64,000 nucleotides of DNA from an uncultured Chromatiales bacterium (GCA_964526195.1 CAZGIH010000017.1:131888-195887); one strand, 5' to 3'. Shown: positions 27,610 to 38,793, counted from the stretch's first letter. Numbers and translations are program-made. The notes: generated from the letters alone by a model not told the origin.

Positions 27610-28709
27610 CGCTCAATATGTTCCACAACTTCAAGTCCGAACCCGCCCAGGCCGTGGAACACCTGAGGCGCGCTCATCAAGCGCATCTGGCGGACTCCAA
27701 GGTCAGCCAGAATCTGCGAACCAGCCCCCAGCACTCGTCGATCCGTTGGGACGACTCGGGTGCGAGCCGGCTCAGGACTATTGTGCAACATCCGGACGCG
27801 TTCCAGCAAACGCGGGGGAGATTCGGGCCAGCGCAGAATCACCGCCACCCCTTGACCCTCGGAAGCAATCCGCTGCAGTGCGTCACGAAGCGGCCAGCCC
27901 AGGTCCGGCACTGAAGCCAGAGTCACGTCACTGAGCGTGTTCTGCACATGTACGCGCACCAGCGTTGCTTTCTGCGGGTCCAGCGGCCCGGCAACCAATG
28001 CCAGGTGCACCGTGTCAACCGTAAGGTCCTCGTAGGCGATCAATTCGAATTCTCCGTAATCGGTCGGCAAGTGGCAACTGGCACCGCGCCGCACGGTCGG
28101 TTCGCGCTCGACCCGGTAGCGAATCAGGTTCTCGATCGTGCCGATCTTGAGGCCGTGTTCCTCGGCCAACGCTTCCAGTTGCGGACGTCGTGCCATCGTG
28201 CCATCCTCATTCAGGATTTCCACGATGACGGCGGCCGGCTCCAGACCGGCCAACCGCGCCAGATCGCACCCGCCTTCCGTATGTCCGGCACGAGTCAGAA
28301 CACCCCCAGGCTGTTGCATCAGGCATTGCAAATGTCCAGGCTGCAGGATGTCGCCCGGTCGGGCATCTGCCGTGACGGCGGCCTGGATCGTGGTGGCCCG
28401 GTCATGCGCCGATACACCCGTGGTAATGCCCTCGTGCGCGTCGATGGTGAACGTGAAATTAGTTCGGTGCGCCTCGTCCGTGGTCGGATCCATCAGCGGC
28501 AAATTCAGTTGCTGGCAGCGTTCCCGAGTCATCGCGAGGCACAGCAGGCCGCGTCCATGCCGGGTCATAAAATTGATGTGCTCCGGCGTCACCAGCGAAG
28601 CCGCCACGACCAAGTCTCCTTCATTCTCTCGTGCCTCGTCGTCGGCCAGCACGATCATCCGCCCGGCTCTCAGTTCCTGGATTAGTTCCTCGATCGTATT
28701 GAAGTTCAT
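27606..28709 (-). CDS. ribBA: Bifunctional-type RibBA (DHBP synthase + GTP cyclohydrolase II-like domain lacking zinc cysteines, RibBX-like)
   Basis: N-terminal DHBP synthase domain (DDEARENEGDLV). The C-terminal domain aligns to RibA, but the Cys ligands are replaced (RVHVQNTLSD...VPDLG versus RVHSECLTGD...RCDCG). Confidence 0.8.
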   Translation of the reverse strand: MNFNTIEELIQELRAGRMIVLADDEARENEGDLVVAASLVTPEHINFMTRHGRGLLCLAMTRERCQQLNLPLMDPTTDEAHRTNFTFTIDAHEGITTGVSAHDRATTIQAAVTADARPGDILQPGHLQCLMQQPGGVLTRAGHTEGGCDLARLAGLEPAAVIVEILNEDGTMARRPQLEALAEEHGLKIGTIENLIRYRVEREPTVRRGASCHLPTDYGEFELIAYEDLTVDTVHLALVAGPLDPQKATLVRVHVQNTLSDVTLASVPDLGWPLRDALQRIASEGQGVAVILRWPESPPRLLERVRMLHNSPEPARTRVVPTDRRVLGAGSQILADLGVRQMRLMSAPQVFHGLGGFGLEVVEHIER

Positions 28710-29311
28710 GACCTGCCGCGCTCCTCAAGAAGGCGTTCCAGATATCTCGCCAGCATATCAACTTCCAGGTTGACCCGCATGCTGGCGCGGTAATCGCCCG
28801 CCAAACTGACGACACGAGTGTGCGGAACCAGCGTGACGCTGAATGCATTCGCCCCAACATCGGTGACGGTCAGGCTGACGCCATCCACACAGATCGAACC
28901 GCGCGGGACCAGATAACGGTGGACTTCCGCCGGGGCCTCCACCTCTACCCGACTGCAATCACCCTCTGCCTCGATCGCCGTAATCGTACCCACCGCATCG
29001 ACATGCCCACTCACAAGATGCCCGCCCATCGGCTCGCCGACGCGCAAGGCCGGCTCCAGGTTGACTTCATCCCCAACTTTCAGAGTGCCCAGCGTTGTAC
29101 GCGCAAGCGTCGTCTCACTCAAATCCGCTTCAAAGATCTCCGTTTCCACCACGCAAGCGGTCAGGCAGACTCCGCTGACGGCAATGCTATCGCCCGTTCG
29201 GATTCCCTGCAGACGGCCCTGCCCCGGATGCCGGATGCGTATGGAACTCCCTGACTCCGTGTCTCCCACAGTTTCTACCCGGCCCCGCGCCTCGACGATG
29301 CCCGTGAACAC
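28706..29311 (-). CDS. ribE: Riboflavin synthase alpha subunit
   Basis: A GTG start at 29311 gives the conserved N-terminus (M)FTGIVEARG, with GGAG 8 nt upstream and 1 nt after the ribD stop. The alternative ATG at 29344 would overlap ribD by 32 nt. Confidence 0.8.
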   Translation of the reverse strand: MFTGIVEARGRVETVGDTESGSSIRIRHPGQGRLQGIRTGDSIAVSGVCLTACVVETEIFEADLSETTLARTTLGTLKVGDEVNLEPALRVGEPMGGHLVSGHVDAVGTITAIEAEGDCSRVEVEAPAEVHRYLVPRGSICVDGVSLTVTDVGANAFSVTLVPHTRVVSLAGDYRASMRVNLEVDMLARYLERLLEERGRS

Positions 29312-29312
29312 T

Positions 29313-30428
29313 TCAGTGGCTCCGATGGTAGGTAATGCGGACATCGGGGCCCAGCGCACGGACGTCCTGCAGCGTCCAACCCAAGCGTTCCGGAAGGCCT
29401 TCGGCCGGTGGCAATTCCGCCAGGGGCGCGGCATCCGCACCCAGCAAGCGGGGCGCAATGTAGACCACCATCTCATCGACCAGGTCTTCCTGAATCAGTG
29501 CGCCGACGAACTTCGCGCCCGCCTCGACCAGAATGTCATTAATTTCGTAATCCATGGCCAACCCCGAGAGCACCGCTGCCAAGTCCAGCCCTTTCCCGCC
29601 AGCCTGCACTGTTTGGATTTCCGCTTCGGACGGAATGACCGTCCGGAGTTTTTCGGCATGCTCATCCAAGGTGTAGACCACGCAGGGCCCCGGCACCGAC
29701 CACAGGGAAAGATCGCTCGACAGTTCCCCTTTCCGATCCATGATCACCCGCAATGGTTGGCGAACCTGGCTGACGCCCAATACCTGTGCTTTCAGGCGAA
29801 CGTTGAGCCGGGCATCGTCCCGGCCTACGGTCGCAGCCGTCGACAGCACCGCTCCGCTTCGAGCCCGTTGCCACTGCACATCGGCGCGTGCCTCCAGACT
29901 TGTAATCCACTGGCTGTGTCCGTCGGCCAGCGCCGTCCCGCCATCCAGGCTCATCGCCTGCTTGACGCAGACCCAAGGCCGCCCGGTCGTCATACGTTTC
30001 CAGAACCCCCGGTTCAATGCATGCGTTCGTTCGGCCCCAATTCCTACCTCGCATTCAATGCCCGCTTCCTTCAGCATCCCGTGGCCGCGTCCAGCCACTT
30101 GGGGATTGGGATCTTCGCAGGCGGATACAACTCGCACGATGCCAGCGGCAATGATCTCCGACACGCACGGAGCTGTGCGCCCTTGGTGCGCACAAGGTTC
30201 GAGCGTCACGTACATCGTGGCTCCGCGCGCCCGGTCTCCTGCCTCCATCAAGGCTTGCGGTTCGGCGTGAAGTTCCCCGGTACGGCGATGAAATCCCCGC
30301 CCGACCACGGTACCATCGGCCACCACCAGGCACCCGACGCAGGGATTGGGGGATGCGGTATAGCGGCCTTGCTCCGCCAGTTCCAGCGCTTCTTCCATGA
30401 AGCGTGCGTCCGTCTCCTGCACCGTCAT
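29313..30428 (-). CDS. ribD: Bifunctional diaminohydroxyphosphoribosylaminopyrimidine deaminase / 5-amino-6-(5-phosphoribosylamino)uracil reductase
   Basis: Deaminase motifs HAE...PCxxC. Start at MTVQETDARFMEEAL (30428), ATGA overlap with the nrdR stop. The 585-aa ORF-track extension through nrdR is an antisense artefact. Confidence 0.9.
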   Translation of the reverse strand: MTVQETDARFMEEALELAEQGRYTASPNPCVGCLVVADGTVVGRGFHRRTGELHAEPQALMEAGDRARGATMYVTLEPCAHQGRTAPCVSEIIAAGIVRVVSACEDPNPQVAGRGHGMLKEAGIECEVGIGAERTHALNRGFWKRMTTGRPWVCVKQAMSLDGGTALADGHSQWITSLEARADVQWQRARSGAVLSTAATVGRDDARLNVRLKAQVLGVSQVRQPLRVIMDRKGELSSDLSLWSVPGPCVVYTLDEHAEKLRTVIPSEAEIQTVQAGGKGLDLAAVLSGLAMDYEINDILVEAGAKFVGALIQEDLVDEMVVYIAPRLLGADAAPLAELPPAEGLPERLGWTLQDVRALGPDVRITYHRSH

Positions 30429-30964
30429 GGCGGTGGAAGGTCGCCCGGAGTCTCTTCCCTGCTCAACAAGTCCAACTGTTTGCGCCTGGCCGATTCCGGC
30501 AGCGCATTGGCCTCGCGTTCCAGCAACTGCCGCCACTGTTCGATCGTGGTGATTTCCTCGAACACCGAGGCATACAGGATGCAGGCGATCTGATCCCGTT
30601 CGCGCAACTCGTCGATCACCCATAGCCCGATCGTCCGGCTCGAGATGCTCCTGCTCGGATAAGAGCGCGCCCGGTCGCAGACGTTCTGGACCATCTCTTC
30701 GATCACGTCCAAACTGACGGGCCGGTTGCGCGATGCCATCTCGATGCTCCATGTCAATTTTTCGGTATCGAAAGCCTGTGGGACCGATTGCCCTTTCTTC
30801 ACGACATCCGGGAGCTTCAGCTTCGCCCGCTCGTAAGTCGTGAAACGTTTCTGCTCGCAGTTCGGATTCAGGCATTGCCGGCGGCGGCGCACTTGATCGC
30901 CCCCACCCACCGGTCGGGAATCCAGGACCTGGGTATCGCCGTGTTTGCAGAACGGGCAGCGCAC
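30425..30964 (-). CDS. nrdR: Transcriptional repressor NrdR
   Basis: MRCPFCKHGDTQVLDSR zinc ribbon plus an ATP-cone domain. Confidence 0.9.
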   Translation of the reverse strand: MRCPFCKHGDTQVLDSRPVGGGDQVRRRRQCLNPNCEQKRFTTYERAKLKLPDVVKKGQSVPQAFDTEKLTWSIEMASRNRPVSLDVIEEMVQNVCDRARSYPSRSISSRTIGLWVIDELRERDQIACILYASVFEEITTIEQWRQLLEREANALPESARRKQLDLLSREETPGDLPPP

Positions 30965-31005
30965 GATCTCCTCGGCAGTGCTCCCGCTCCCTGGCCCGAG
31001 GCCGG

Positions 31006-32265
31006 TTAGTCGGCCTCGTACACCGGATAGCGCGCGCAGATTTCCTGCACCTGCCCACGCACGCGGTCAATTACGGATTCGTCGCCCAAGTTGTCGATGA
31101 TGTCGCACATCCAGCCGGCCAGCGTACGGCATTCATCTTCCTGGAAGCCTCGAGTCGTGACCGCGGGTGTGCCGACCCGGATGCCGCTGGTGACGAACGG
31201 AGACTTCGGGTCGTTGGGAACGGTGTTCTTGTTCACCGTGATGTGGGCCTGTCCCAGCGCAGCATCAACTTCCTTGCCGGTCAGTTCCTGGGCGATAAAG
31301 TCGACCAAGAACAGGTGGTCATCAGTCCCGCCGGAGACGACCTTGTAGTTGCGCTCGATGAATACTTCGGCCATAGCCTTGGCGTTGGCCAATACCTGGC
31401 ACTGGTATTCCTTGAACTCGGGCTGGGCAGCCTCGCGGAACGCCACCGCCTTCGCCGCGATGACATGCATCAGCGGGCCACCCTGCATCCCGGGGAACAC
31501 CATGGAGTTGATCTTCTTGGTGATCTCCTCGTTCTCGCGGGCAATAATGAAACCACTGCGGGGTCCGCGCAGTGTCTTGTGGGTGGTGGAAGTCACCACG
31601 TCGGCAACCGGAACCGGGCTCGGGTAGAGATCTGTGGCAATCAGCCCCGAGACGTGTGCCATGTCGACCATCAGCAAAGCTCCAACGGAATCGGAGATGT
31701 CGCGGAAGCGCTGCCAGTCCATGACCCGCGAATAAGCGGAAAATCCGGCCACGATCATCTTGGGACGGTGCTCGGCAGCCAATTGCTCTACCTGCTCGTA
31801 GTCCACTTCCCCTGTCTCCGGGTTCAACCCGTACTGAACCGCGTTGTAGTTCTGCCCGGAAAAGTTGACATGGGAGCCATGCGTCAGGTGTCCGCCGTGA
31901 GCCAAGGCCATGCCAAGCAGAGTGTCGCCCGGTTGCAGCAGCGCGGTGTACACCGCCGCATTCGCCTGGGACCCGGCGTGTGGCTGCACATTGGCGTAAT
32001 CCGCCTTGTACAACTCGCAGGCACGGTCGATCGCCAGTTGCTCGACCACGTCCACATGCTCACATCCCCCATAGTAACGCTTGGAGGGATAACCTTCCGC
32101 ATACTTGTTGGTCAGCACCGACCCCTGGGCTTCCAGGATTCGCGGACTGGTGTAGTTCTCGGAGGCGATCAGTTCGATATGTTCTTCCTGGCGGCGACGT
32201 TCCGCCTCCATCGCAGCAGCGACTTCCGGGTCGAATCCGGCAATGGTCAGATCTTTTTTAAACAT
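31006..32265 (-). CDS. glyA: Serine hydroxymethyltransferase
   Basis: 419 aa; PLP-lysine region [12 protein letters not shown]. Confidence 0.95.
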   Translation of the reverse strand: MFKKDLTIAGFDPEVAAAMEAERRRQEEHIELIASENYTSPRILEAQGSVLTNKYAEGYPSKRYYGGCEHVDVVEQLAIDRACELYKADYANVQPHAGSQANAAVYTALLQPGDTLLGMALAHGGHLTHGSHVNFSGQNYNAVQYGLNPETGEVDYEQVEQLAAEHRPKMIVAGFSAYSRVMDWQRFRDISDSVGALLMVDMAHVSGLIATDLYPSPVPVADVVTSTTHKTLRGPRSGFIIARENEEITKKINSMVFPGMQGGPLMHVIAAKAVAFREAAQPEFKEYQCQVLANAKAMAEVFIERNYKVVSGGTDDHLFLVDFIAQELTGKEVDAALGQAHITVNKNTVPNDPKSPFVTSGIRVGTPAVTTRGFQEDECRTLAGWMCDIIDNLGDESVIDRVRGQVQEICARYPVYEAD

Positions 32266-32318
32266 GGCAATCCTTGCAAAGGGTCGGACGCGGCATTATA
32301 CGGGGTCGCATGCCATTT

Positions 32319-32702
32319 TCAGGCGGAACGACCCCCGGCCAGTTGCAACAGCAGCTCGGGCAGACTGGCCTCCGCGCCCAGATGCGTGCACAGGTTTATG
32401 AGTACGTCGGGATGCCGCTCACGCGCCTGATCCAGCAAGGCCGGAACGTCGTCGCGGACATGACGGCCCGCGGCCAGGAAATACGGCAGAACCCACAACT
32501 GTGCCGCACCCTGTGCGACACAGACGTCAATTCCCGTCGGAATATCCGGTTCGGCAATTTCGAGGAAAGCATGCGCCACGATCTCATACCGGTCACCGGA
32601 TGCCTCGCGCAGCCGGTCGGTGAGCTCGGCCACCTCGGTATTGGCCTCCGGCAGGCGCGAACCGTGCGCGACCAGCAGTAATGCACGTTTGCCGGCATTC
32701 AT
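32319..32702 (-). CDS. cbiX: Sirohydrochlorin chelatase, short CbiX(S)/SirB type
   Basis: 127 aa; LLLVAHGSR...H motif. Confidence 0.7.
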   Translation of the reverse strand: MNAGKRALLLVAHGSRLPEANTEVAELTDRLREASGDRYEIVAHAFLEIAEPDIPTGIDVCVAQGAAQLWVLPYFLAAGRHVRDDVPALLDQARERHPDVLINLCTHLGAEASLPELLLQLAGGRSA

Positions 32703-33433
32703 GCCAAAGCCTCCATCGCGGCGCGCACCCGCGCCAGATCCTCGGGCGTATCCACGCCCGGCGCTGTCGCTTCGACGCCCGGCTCAACATGGACGCGAAG
32801 GCCATGGTGAAGCATTCGGCATTGTTCCAGCGATTCCTCCAGTTCTTGCGGCGCCGGGGGCAACTTGACATACCGGGCAAGCCCGCCCGCGCGATAGGCG
32901 TAGATCCCCAAGTGGCGCTGGCAGCGTGCCTCTTCGATTTGCCGGGGCGCCCGGCTGAATCCTTCGGCGTATCCTTCCTCGTCCCGCCAGACTTTGACGA
33001 CCTGGGCGCGATCCCAATCCCCTTCACCGAGGGGTTCGCATAAAGTCGCCGCGAAAGCTTCGTCCCGCGCGGCCAAATTCCCGCCCACCTGAGCGATCAG
33101 GGCGGGCGGGAGCATCGGCTCGTCTGCCTGCACATTGACCACGATCGCATCCGCGTCCCAGTCCAGATATTCCAGCAATTCGCCCAAGCGGGCTGTCCCG
33201 TTCGGATGATCCGGGCGTGTCATCCAGACCGGCGCACCAATCGAACGGGCGCAGTCAGCCACCGCTTCGTCGCCCGCCGCAATCACGACCGAAGCGGCTC
33301 CGCTCTGCTGGGCGTGCTCAAAAACCCATTGCAGCATCGGCTTTCCGGCAATCTCGAGTAGTGGCTTGTTCGGCAGTCGCGTCGACGCGCTTCGCGCCGG
33401 AATCGCCACATGGAAGGGTCGGTCATGAATCAT
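32699..33433 (-). CDS. kdsB: 3-deoxy-manno-octulosonate cytidylyltransferase
   Basis: [19 protein letters not shown]-terminus; 244 aa. Confidence 0.9.
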   Translation of the reverse strand: MIHDRPFHVAIPARSASTRLPNKPLLEIAGKPMLQWVFEHAQQSGAASVVIAAGDEAVADCARSIGAPVWMTRPDHPNGTARLGELLEYLDWDADAIVVNVQADEPMLPPALIAQVGGNLAARDEAFAATLCEPLGEGDWDRAQVVKVWRDEEGYAEGFSRAPRQIEEARCQRHLGIYAYRAGGLARYVKLPPAPQELEESLEQCRMLHHGLRVHVEPGVEATAPGVDTPEDLARVRAAMEALA

Positions 33434-33641
33434 GCCGGTAGCGCTGGTATTCCTCTTCCGACAGTCCGCGCGCCTCTTCTTCCAGCAAGACCGGAATGTC
33501 GTCGCGCACCGGGTAAGCCAGGCGCGCCGACAATGAAATCAATTCCTGCTGCTCACGGTCGTACAGCAGCGGGCCCTTGGTGACCGGGCAGACAAGGATA
33601 TCCAATAGTCTTTTGTCCATCTGTTCCTGACTCCTGCTCAT
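33423..33641 (-). CDS. ycaR: Trm112/YcaR family protein
   Basis: [14 protein letters not shown]...L...DIPVLL motif. The start ATG at 33641 overlaps the lpxK stop (ATGA). Confidence 0.7.
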   Translation of the reverse strand: MSRSQEQMDKRLLDILVCPVTKGPLLYDREQQELISLSARLAYPVRDDIPVLLEEEARGLSEEEYQRYRHDS

Positions 33642-36490
33642 GTCCTCGCTTCGGCATCCAAGGAATCCAGTGCCTTCGCCTTTCGATTCTCCTCGACGAC
33701 ACGTTGCGCGCTGCCGATGATTTCCTCGGCAACAACCGGTTCCAGCGCTACGTCGACCTCCAAAGAATACCACCGTTCACGGGCAAAACGCTCGCACTTG
33801 ACCGCATCCTTGGGCGTCATGATTACCGCGTGACCATCCGCAAAGTCGAGTTGTCCGGCCCGGAAAGCGTGGTGATCCTCGTAGAGGTGCGGAATCGCGT
33901 CGATCCCGGCGCTGGCCAAGGATTCCAGGAACCGGTGTGGATTCCCGATCCCGCAGACCGCATGCACGGTCTGCCCCGCAAAGCTGGACAGCGGGGTCGT
34001 GCTGCCGTCAAGCAAAGAGCGCAGGTGTTTCACCTGCAAGTCAAACCGGTGTTCTCCTGGCTCCGGATCTCCTCCGTGCACCAAGATCCAATCGGCCAAA
34101 CGTGCACGCCCGAGCGGCTCTCTCAACGGCCCGGCAGGCAGGCACAAGCCGTTGCCGTGCCGGCGTTTGCCGTCCACCACCAGGATCTCGATCTCCCGCG
34201 ACAAGCCCAAATGCTGCAACCCGTCATCCGACAAGATGATGCTGACGGTATGCCGCTCGCAAAGCGCCTGCGCGGCAGCAACCCGGTCCGGGCCTGCAAA
34301 CACGGGACAGCCCGTCTGTGCCGCAATCAGAACCGCTTCCTCCCCGACCTCATCGGGGCTGGTCGCGGCATCAACCTCTCGGGGCCAGGTTGGACTGTCG
34401 CCCCGGTAGCCCCGGCACACGATTCCGACCGACACCCCCAAGCTTCGAAGCCGGAGCGCAAGCCAGACCACCAGAGGGGTTTTCCCGGTGCCTCCGACGC
34501 TCAGGTTGCCGATGACTGCCACAGGCACGGGCAAGGCGGCCGGCCGATTCAGCCAACGACGCCAGAGCCGTCGCAGGAACACGCCGGTGCGATACAGCCA
34601 ACTCAGCGGTCGCAAGGCCCACACCCAGCGGCTATCCTCGTACCAGACAGTCTCAGCAAAACGCGTCACCCAGGACTGATGCCGGGTGCTCTCTTCCTCC
34701 AGCAGTTCCCCGCGGCGGGGCGGGCGTTCTTCGACATCTCCCGTATCCTGGAATTGATGCTGATAGAGCTTTCTGTAGACCTGATTCCTCTGAATCAACT
34801 CTTCATGCGTGCCCTGTTCGACGACCTCGCCTTGATCCAGGACGACGATCCGGTCTGCACGTTCCACCGTCGACAATCGATGCGCGATGATCAGGGTGGT
34901 GGAAACTTCCATGATCTTGTCTAAGGCCTCCTGCACATACCGCTCGGACTCGCTGTCCAGCGATGAGGTCGCTTCGTCCAGGATCAGGATCGGTGCTCGC
35001 TTGTACAGGGCTCGGGCCAAGGCCAGGCGCTGTCGCTGACCCCCAGAGAGCTGTACACCCCCTTCCCCGATGATGGTCTCCAGGCCTTGTGGCAGGTGAG
35101 CCACAAATTCGTCGACGTGCGCACTGCGCAGCGCCAACTCCAGGTCATGCTGCTGATCCGGATCCACTCCATAGGTGATGTTGTTGCGCACCGTGTCGTT
35201 GAACAGCACCACGTTCTGTCCCACATAGCTGATCAGCCCCCGCAGATTGGACAACTGCAGGTCGTTGATCGGAATGTCGTCGATCCGGATTTCTCCACTC
35301 TGCGGGGCGTAAAAACGCGGCAACAGGTTGGCGAGGGAAGACTTGCCGGAACCGGAACGCCCGACCAAGGCCACGGTCTCGCCACGTCGGATCGTCAGCG
35401 AGACATTGCGAAGCGCTTCGCGATCCGTGTTGCGGTAACGCAAACTGATCCGGTCATAGACGATCGAATGCTGCAGATCCTGCTTGGAATGTTCGCCCTG
35501 ATCCTGTTCCACCGGGGTATCCAGCATCTGGAAAACCTGTTGTCCGGCGGCGATGCTCTGTTGCAGCCGGGTGTTGACCTGCACCAGATTGCGTGCCGGA
35601 GCCAGCAGCATCAGCATGGCGAACATGAACGATACGAACCCACCGACCGTAATGGTGCTGAGCACTCCTTCCAGCGTCACCAGGTAGACGATGCCGGCCC
35701 AGGCCAGCCCGACCAGCAGCATGATGATCGAAGAGACCAAGGCCGCCATCTGTTGCGTGCGAACCTGTCGCTTCCGGAAATGCTCGGTCGTCTCATCGAA
35801 ACGTGTTTTTTCCATCGTCTCGGCCTGGAACACCTTCACGACCCGGTAACCTTGAATTACCTCCTGGGCGTTCTGCACGGTCGCAGTAAGCGCCTCCATC
35901 ATGCGGTGGCTAAGCTTCCGGACTCTTCGGTTGCTGCTTGGAATCAGCCAGGCAAACACCGGCACGGCCGCCAGGAAGGCAACCGTCAGGATCCAACTCA
36001 CGTACAGCATCCAGCCGACCAGGCCGATCACCATCAGGCTGTCCCGGATCAGGATAGTGAGGCTTTTCGACGCCGCCGTTGTCACGCCCTCGACGTGGCT
36101 GGTGATGCGCGCCAGGAAATCGCTGGAAGCCGTATGGTCGTGGGTTTCCGCTGGAAATTCGAGCAGGCGTGCAAACATTTTCCGCCGCAGGTCCCGGACC
36201 AGGCGCGCACCAATCTGCGCCATGCAGGAGGCGCTGAGGTACGAGCCGACCGCTCGCAGCACGAAAATCCCGATCAACGCCAGCGGTACCCAGCGGATGA
36301 CGTCCGGCTGCTGCTCGACGATCGCGCCATCCAGGATCGGTTTCATCAGCGCCGACAATGCGGGGCCTGTTGCAGCCTCCATCGCCATGCCGAGCACCGC
36401 CAATGTCAGGATGCCGCTCTGACCTTGCAGGGCAAGCCGCAGCAACTGCCGATAAATGTCCATGCCGGAACGGCGCGTAATCTCGTTCAT
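33638..36490 (-). CDS. msbA-lpxK: Fused lipid A ABC exporter MsbA (N-terminal, about 590 aa) + tetraacyldisaccharide 4'-kinase LpxK (C-terminal, about 330 aa), single 950-aa ORF
   Basis: ABC transmembrane and ATPase motifs ([23 protein letters not shown]). These run through a roughly 30-aa linker with no stop and no Met into the LpxK N-terminus (LRPLSWLY...[13 protein letters not shown]). Confidence 0.85.
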   Translation of the reverse strand: MNEITRRSGMDIYRQLLRLALQGQSGILTLAVLGMAMEAATGPALSALMKPILDGAIVEQQPDVIRWVPLALIGIFVLRAVGSYLSASCMAQIGARLVRDLRRKMFARLLEFPAETHDHTASSDFLARITSHVEGVTTAASKSLTILIRDSLMVIGLVGWMLYVSWILTVAFLAAVPVFAWLIPSSNRRVRKLSHRMMEALTATVQNAQEVIQGYRVVKVFQAETMEKTRFDETTEHFRKRQVRTQQMAALVSSIIMLLVGLAWAGIVYLVTLEGVLSTITVGGFVSFMFAMLMLLAPARNLVQVNTRLQQSIAAGQQVFQMLDTPVEQDQGEHSKQDLQHSIVYDRISLRYRNTDREALRNVSLTIRRGETVALVGRSGSGKSSLANLLPRFYAPQSGEIRIDDIPINDLQLSNLRGLISYVGQNVVLFNDTVRNNITYGVDPDQQHDLELALRSAHVDEFVAHLPQGLETIIGEGGVQLSGGQRQRLALARALYKRAPILILDEATSSLDSESERYVQEALDKIMEVSTTLIIAHRLSTVERADRIVVLDQGEVVEQGTHEELIQRNQVYRKLYQHQFQDTGDVEERPPRRGELLEEESTRHQSWVTRFAETVWYEDSRWVWALRPLSWLYRTGVFLRRLWRRWLNRPAALPVPVAVIGNLSVGGTGKTPLVVWLALRLRSLGVSVGIVCRGYRGDSPTWPREVDAATSPDEVGEEAVLIAAQTGCPVFAGPDRVAAAQALCERHTVSIILSDDGLQHLGLSREIEILVVDGKRRHGNGLCLPAGPLREPLGRARLADWILVHGGDPEPGEHRFDLQVKHLRSLLDGSTTPLSSFAGQTVHAVCGIGNPHRFLESLASAGIDAIPHLYEDHHAFRAGQLDFADGHAVIMTPKDAVKCERFARERWYSLEVDVALEPVVAEEIIGSAQRVVEENRKAKALDSLDAEART

Positions 36491-36900
36491 GGCAAGCGCT
36501 CGCCCAATGTTGCAACCCGGATTTGCTGCACACCCTGCCCCCGGGCTTGCGCCATCAGGTACACGACCGACTGGTGCGGCGTCAACGCATGGGCGTAAAC
36601 GTAGACCACCGCGTCTGGTTGATCCGCGAGCGCGAGGTGCAACTGTGCCGCCAAGGCCTCGGGTTCGTCTGGAAGAAGCTGCCCGTTCAGGTAATAGTCC
36701 CCCATTGCATCAATGGCCAGGTTGATGCGCACCTCGGTGCCGGCCGTTTCCGCTTCACCACGCGGCAGTTGGATTTTCAGAAAATCGAGTTGGCTGAACG
36801 TCGTGGTCAGCATGAAAAACAACAGCAACAAGAACACGACATCGATCAGCGGCGTCAGCGGGATCGAAAAAGCATCTCCTTGGCGAACCTGAAATTTCAC
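36487..36900 (-). CDS. exbD: ExbD/TolR family biopolymer transport protein
   Basis: 137 aa, single TM helix, ExbD fold. ATGA overlaps on both sides. Confidence 0.8.
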   Translation of the reverse strand: MKFQVRQGDAFSIPLTPLIDVVFLLLLFFMLTTTFSQLDFLKIQLPRGEAETAGTEVRINLAIDAMGDYYLNGQLLPDEPEALAAQLHLALADQPDAVVYVYAHALTPHQSVVYLMAQARGQGVQQIRVATLGERLP

Positions 36901-37514
36901 GGTGTCCCCTGCTCGCGTTGCTGCAATACATCCATCAGCTGGTGCGCCACTGACTCCATTTGAGAAATCAGTACGGAAACCTTGCGTTGAAAAAAGCGGT
37001 GAAAGATTACGGCCGGAATCGCCACAGCCAAGCCAGCCGCGGTAGTAATCAGCGCCTGTGCAATACCCCCAGCCAGATCCGATGGCTGCCCCAGCCCCGT
37101 CGTCATAATCTGATCGAACACGACGATGAGCCCCCAGACCGTCCCCAGAAGGCCCAGCAAGGGAGAAATCATCGCAATGGTGCCGAGTGCCGCCAAGAAG
37201 CGTTCCAGCTCGACCGCACCCCGACGGCCCGCATCCTCGATCGCCGTCTTGCGTTCCTCCAGCGTCTGCTGGTGGAGATTCAAGCCGGCCGCCAATACGC
37301 GCCCTAATTGCGAACTGTTGCGCAGCGCGTCAAGGCGATCCCCATCCAGCGCATCCTGCTGCAACCAAGCTCGTACCTGTGCCAGCAGGCCATCCGGCAT
37401 GACTTGGCCCTGCCGCAGAGCCCAACTACGCTCCAAAATGATGGCCAACGCCAGGATGGAGCACAGCAGAATCGGCACCATTACCCAGCCTCCGGCCTGT
37501 ACTAAATCCAGCAT
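36897..37514 (-). CDS. exbB: MotA/TolQ/ExbB proton channel family protein
   Basis: 205 aa, 3 TM helices, TolQ/ExbB signature. Confidence 0.8.
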   Translation of the reverse strand: MLDLVQAGGWVMVPILLCSILALAIILERSWALRQGQVMPDGLLAQVRAWLQQDALDGDRLDALRNSSQLGRVLAAGLNLHQQTLEERKTAIEDAGRRGAVELERFLAALGTIAMISPLLGLLGTVWGLIVVFDQIMTTGLGQPSDLAGGIAQALITTAAGLAVAIPAVIFHRFFQRKVSVLISQMESVAHQLMDVLQQREQGTP

Positions 37515-37591
37515 CAGCAGGCGGTAAAACAGCGAAAGTAAACAATTTATTGTAGAGTATTAGGTGTTCCTCAATTACCCTGTAACCACCG

Positions 37592-38137
37592 ATGGCACGC
37601 AAGGTTCTACAGAAATATCTTCCGCACTTCCATCGGGTCAGGGAGCATCAGACGCTTCGCCTGTTCGGCTCAGTGGCATTGAAGGACAACTTGTGGCACC
37701 TCAACCGCCGTTCGGTAGCCCGGGCATTCGCGATCGGAGTGTTCTGCGCATTCCTTCCCATCCCGGGACAGATGGTCGCGGCGGCCGCATTGGCCATCGT
37801 GTTTGCCTCGAATCTGCCTCTTGCCGTGCTGTTGGTCTGGATCACCAACCCCGTCACCATCCCTCCGATCTTTCTCACCGGCTATTTGGTCGGCAGTTGG
37901 GTGCTCAACATTCCTCCTCAGCATTTCGCGTTCGAGTGGTCCTGGGCCTGGTTTACCGAGGAGTTATATGTCATTGGTTTGCCTTTGCTCGTCGGATCCC
38001 TGATCTGCGGTGCCATCGGTGCAGCTATTAGCTACTGGACTATCCTTTTGTACTGGCGGTGGTACGTGGTCCGCATCTGGCAGACCCGGCACAAGCGCAG
38101 GGTCGAAAAAGTCCTGCACGACATCCTGGAGAAATAG
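37592..38137 (+). CDS. DUF2062 family membrane protein
   Basis: 181 aa membrane protein with the FAIGVFCAFLPIPGQM motif. Confidence 0.55.
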   Translation: MARKVLQKYLPHFHRVREHQTLRLFGSVALKDNLWHLNRRSVARAFAIGVFCAFLPIPGQMVAAAALAIVFASNLPLAVLLVWITNPVTIPPIFLTGYLVGSWVLNIPPQHFAFEWSWAWFTEELYVIGLPLLVGSLICGAIGAAISYWTILLYWRWYVVRIWQTRHKRRVEKVLHDILEK

Positions 38138-38142
38138 GCGAA

Positions 38143-38793
38143 ATGACTTCCACGTGCCCCACCGGGGTGCATGTGGCCCCTGGAACAGCCTCGGCGCCGC
38201 GTAACCGCCTGCTGCGCCTCGCCCGGTCGCTTCGCCAGTGTTCAACGTGCGCAGAAGACTTCAAACTGCATGGACATTCGCCGAGACCGGTAGCAAGGCT
38301 GTCTACCACGGCACGGGTCTGCGTGTGCGGCCAGGCGCCCGGCACGCATGTTCACCGGAGCGGGCTGCCATTCGACGACCCTTCCGGAAAGCGCCTGCGC
38401 GAGTGGATGGGCGTGGATCGGGACCAGTTCTATGATGCCAAGCGCATCGTCACCATGCCGATGGCGTTCTGCTTTCCCGGGCAGGACCGCCGCGGGGCGG
38501 ATTTGCCGCCTCCGAGGATTTGCAGCGAGCAATGGCACGAGCGCCTGTTCTCCGCCATGCCGCAATTGAAGCTTTTCCTGCTTATCGGCTACCACGCGCA
38601 ACGCTGGCACTTGGGCACGCAGTGCCGCAATTCCCTGACCGCCAACGTGGCCGCTTGGGAAGAATTCCTGCCCTCGGGGAAGATTCCCCTGCCGCATCCG
38701 TCCTGGCGAAACAACGGCTGGTTAAAGAAAAATCCTTGGTTTGAGAAAGAATTACTTCCAGTTCTTAAGAAACAAATCCGAGTTTACCTTTGA
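38143..38793 (+). CDS. Uracil-DNA glycosylase superfamily protein (family 4/5-like; GQAPG and HPSWRN motifs)
   Basis: CVCGQAPG resembles UDG motif A (GEAPG). A C-terminal HPS motif is also present. Start at MTSTC, 5 nt after the upstream stop. Confidence 0.6.
   Translation: MTSTCPTGVHVAPGTASAPRNRLLRLARSLRQCSTCAEDFKLHGHSPRPVARLSTTARVCVCGQAPGTHVHRSGLPFDDPSGKRLREWMGVDRDQFYDAKRIVTMPMAFCFPGQDRRGADLPPPRICSEQWHERLFSAMPQLKLFLLIGYHAQRWHLGTQCRNSLTANVAAWEEFLPSGKIPLPHPSWRNNGWLKKNPWFEKELLPVLKKQIRVYL

Noticed and set aside
29313-31070. 585-aa ORF fusing ribD with upstream sequence
   Set aside because: The N-terminal 214 aa are antisense to nrdR and non-protein-like. The conserved RibD N-terminus starts at M215 (30428), with an ATGA overlap to nrdR.
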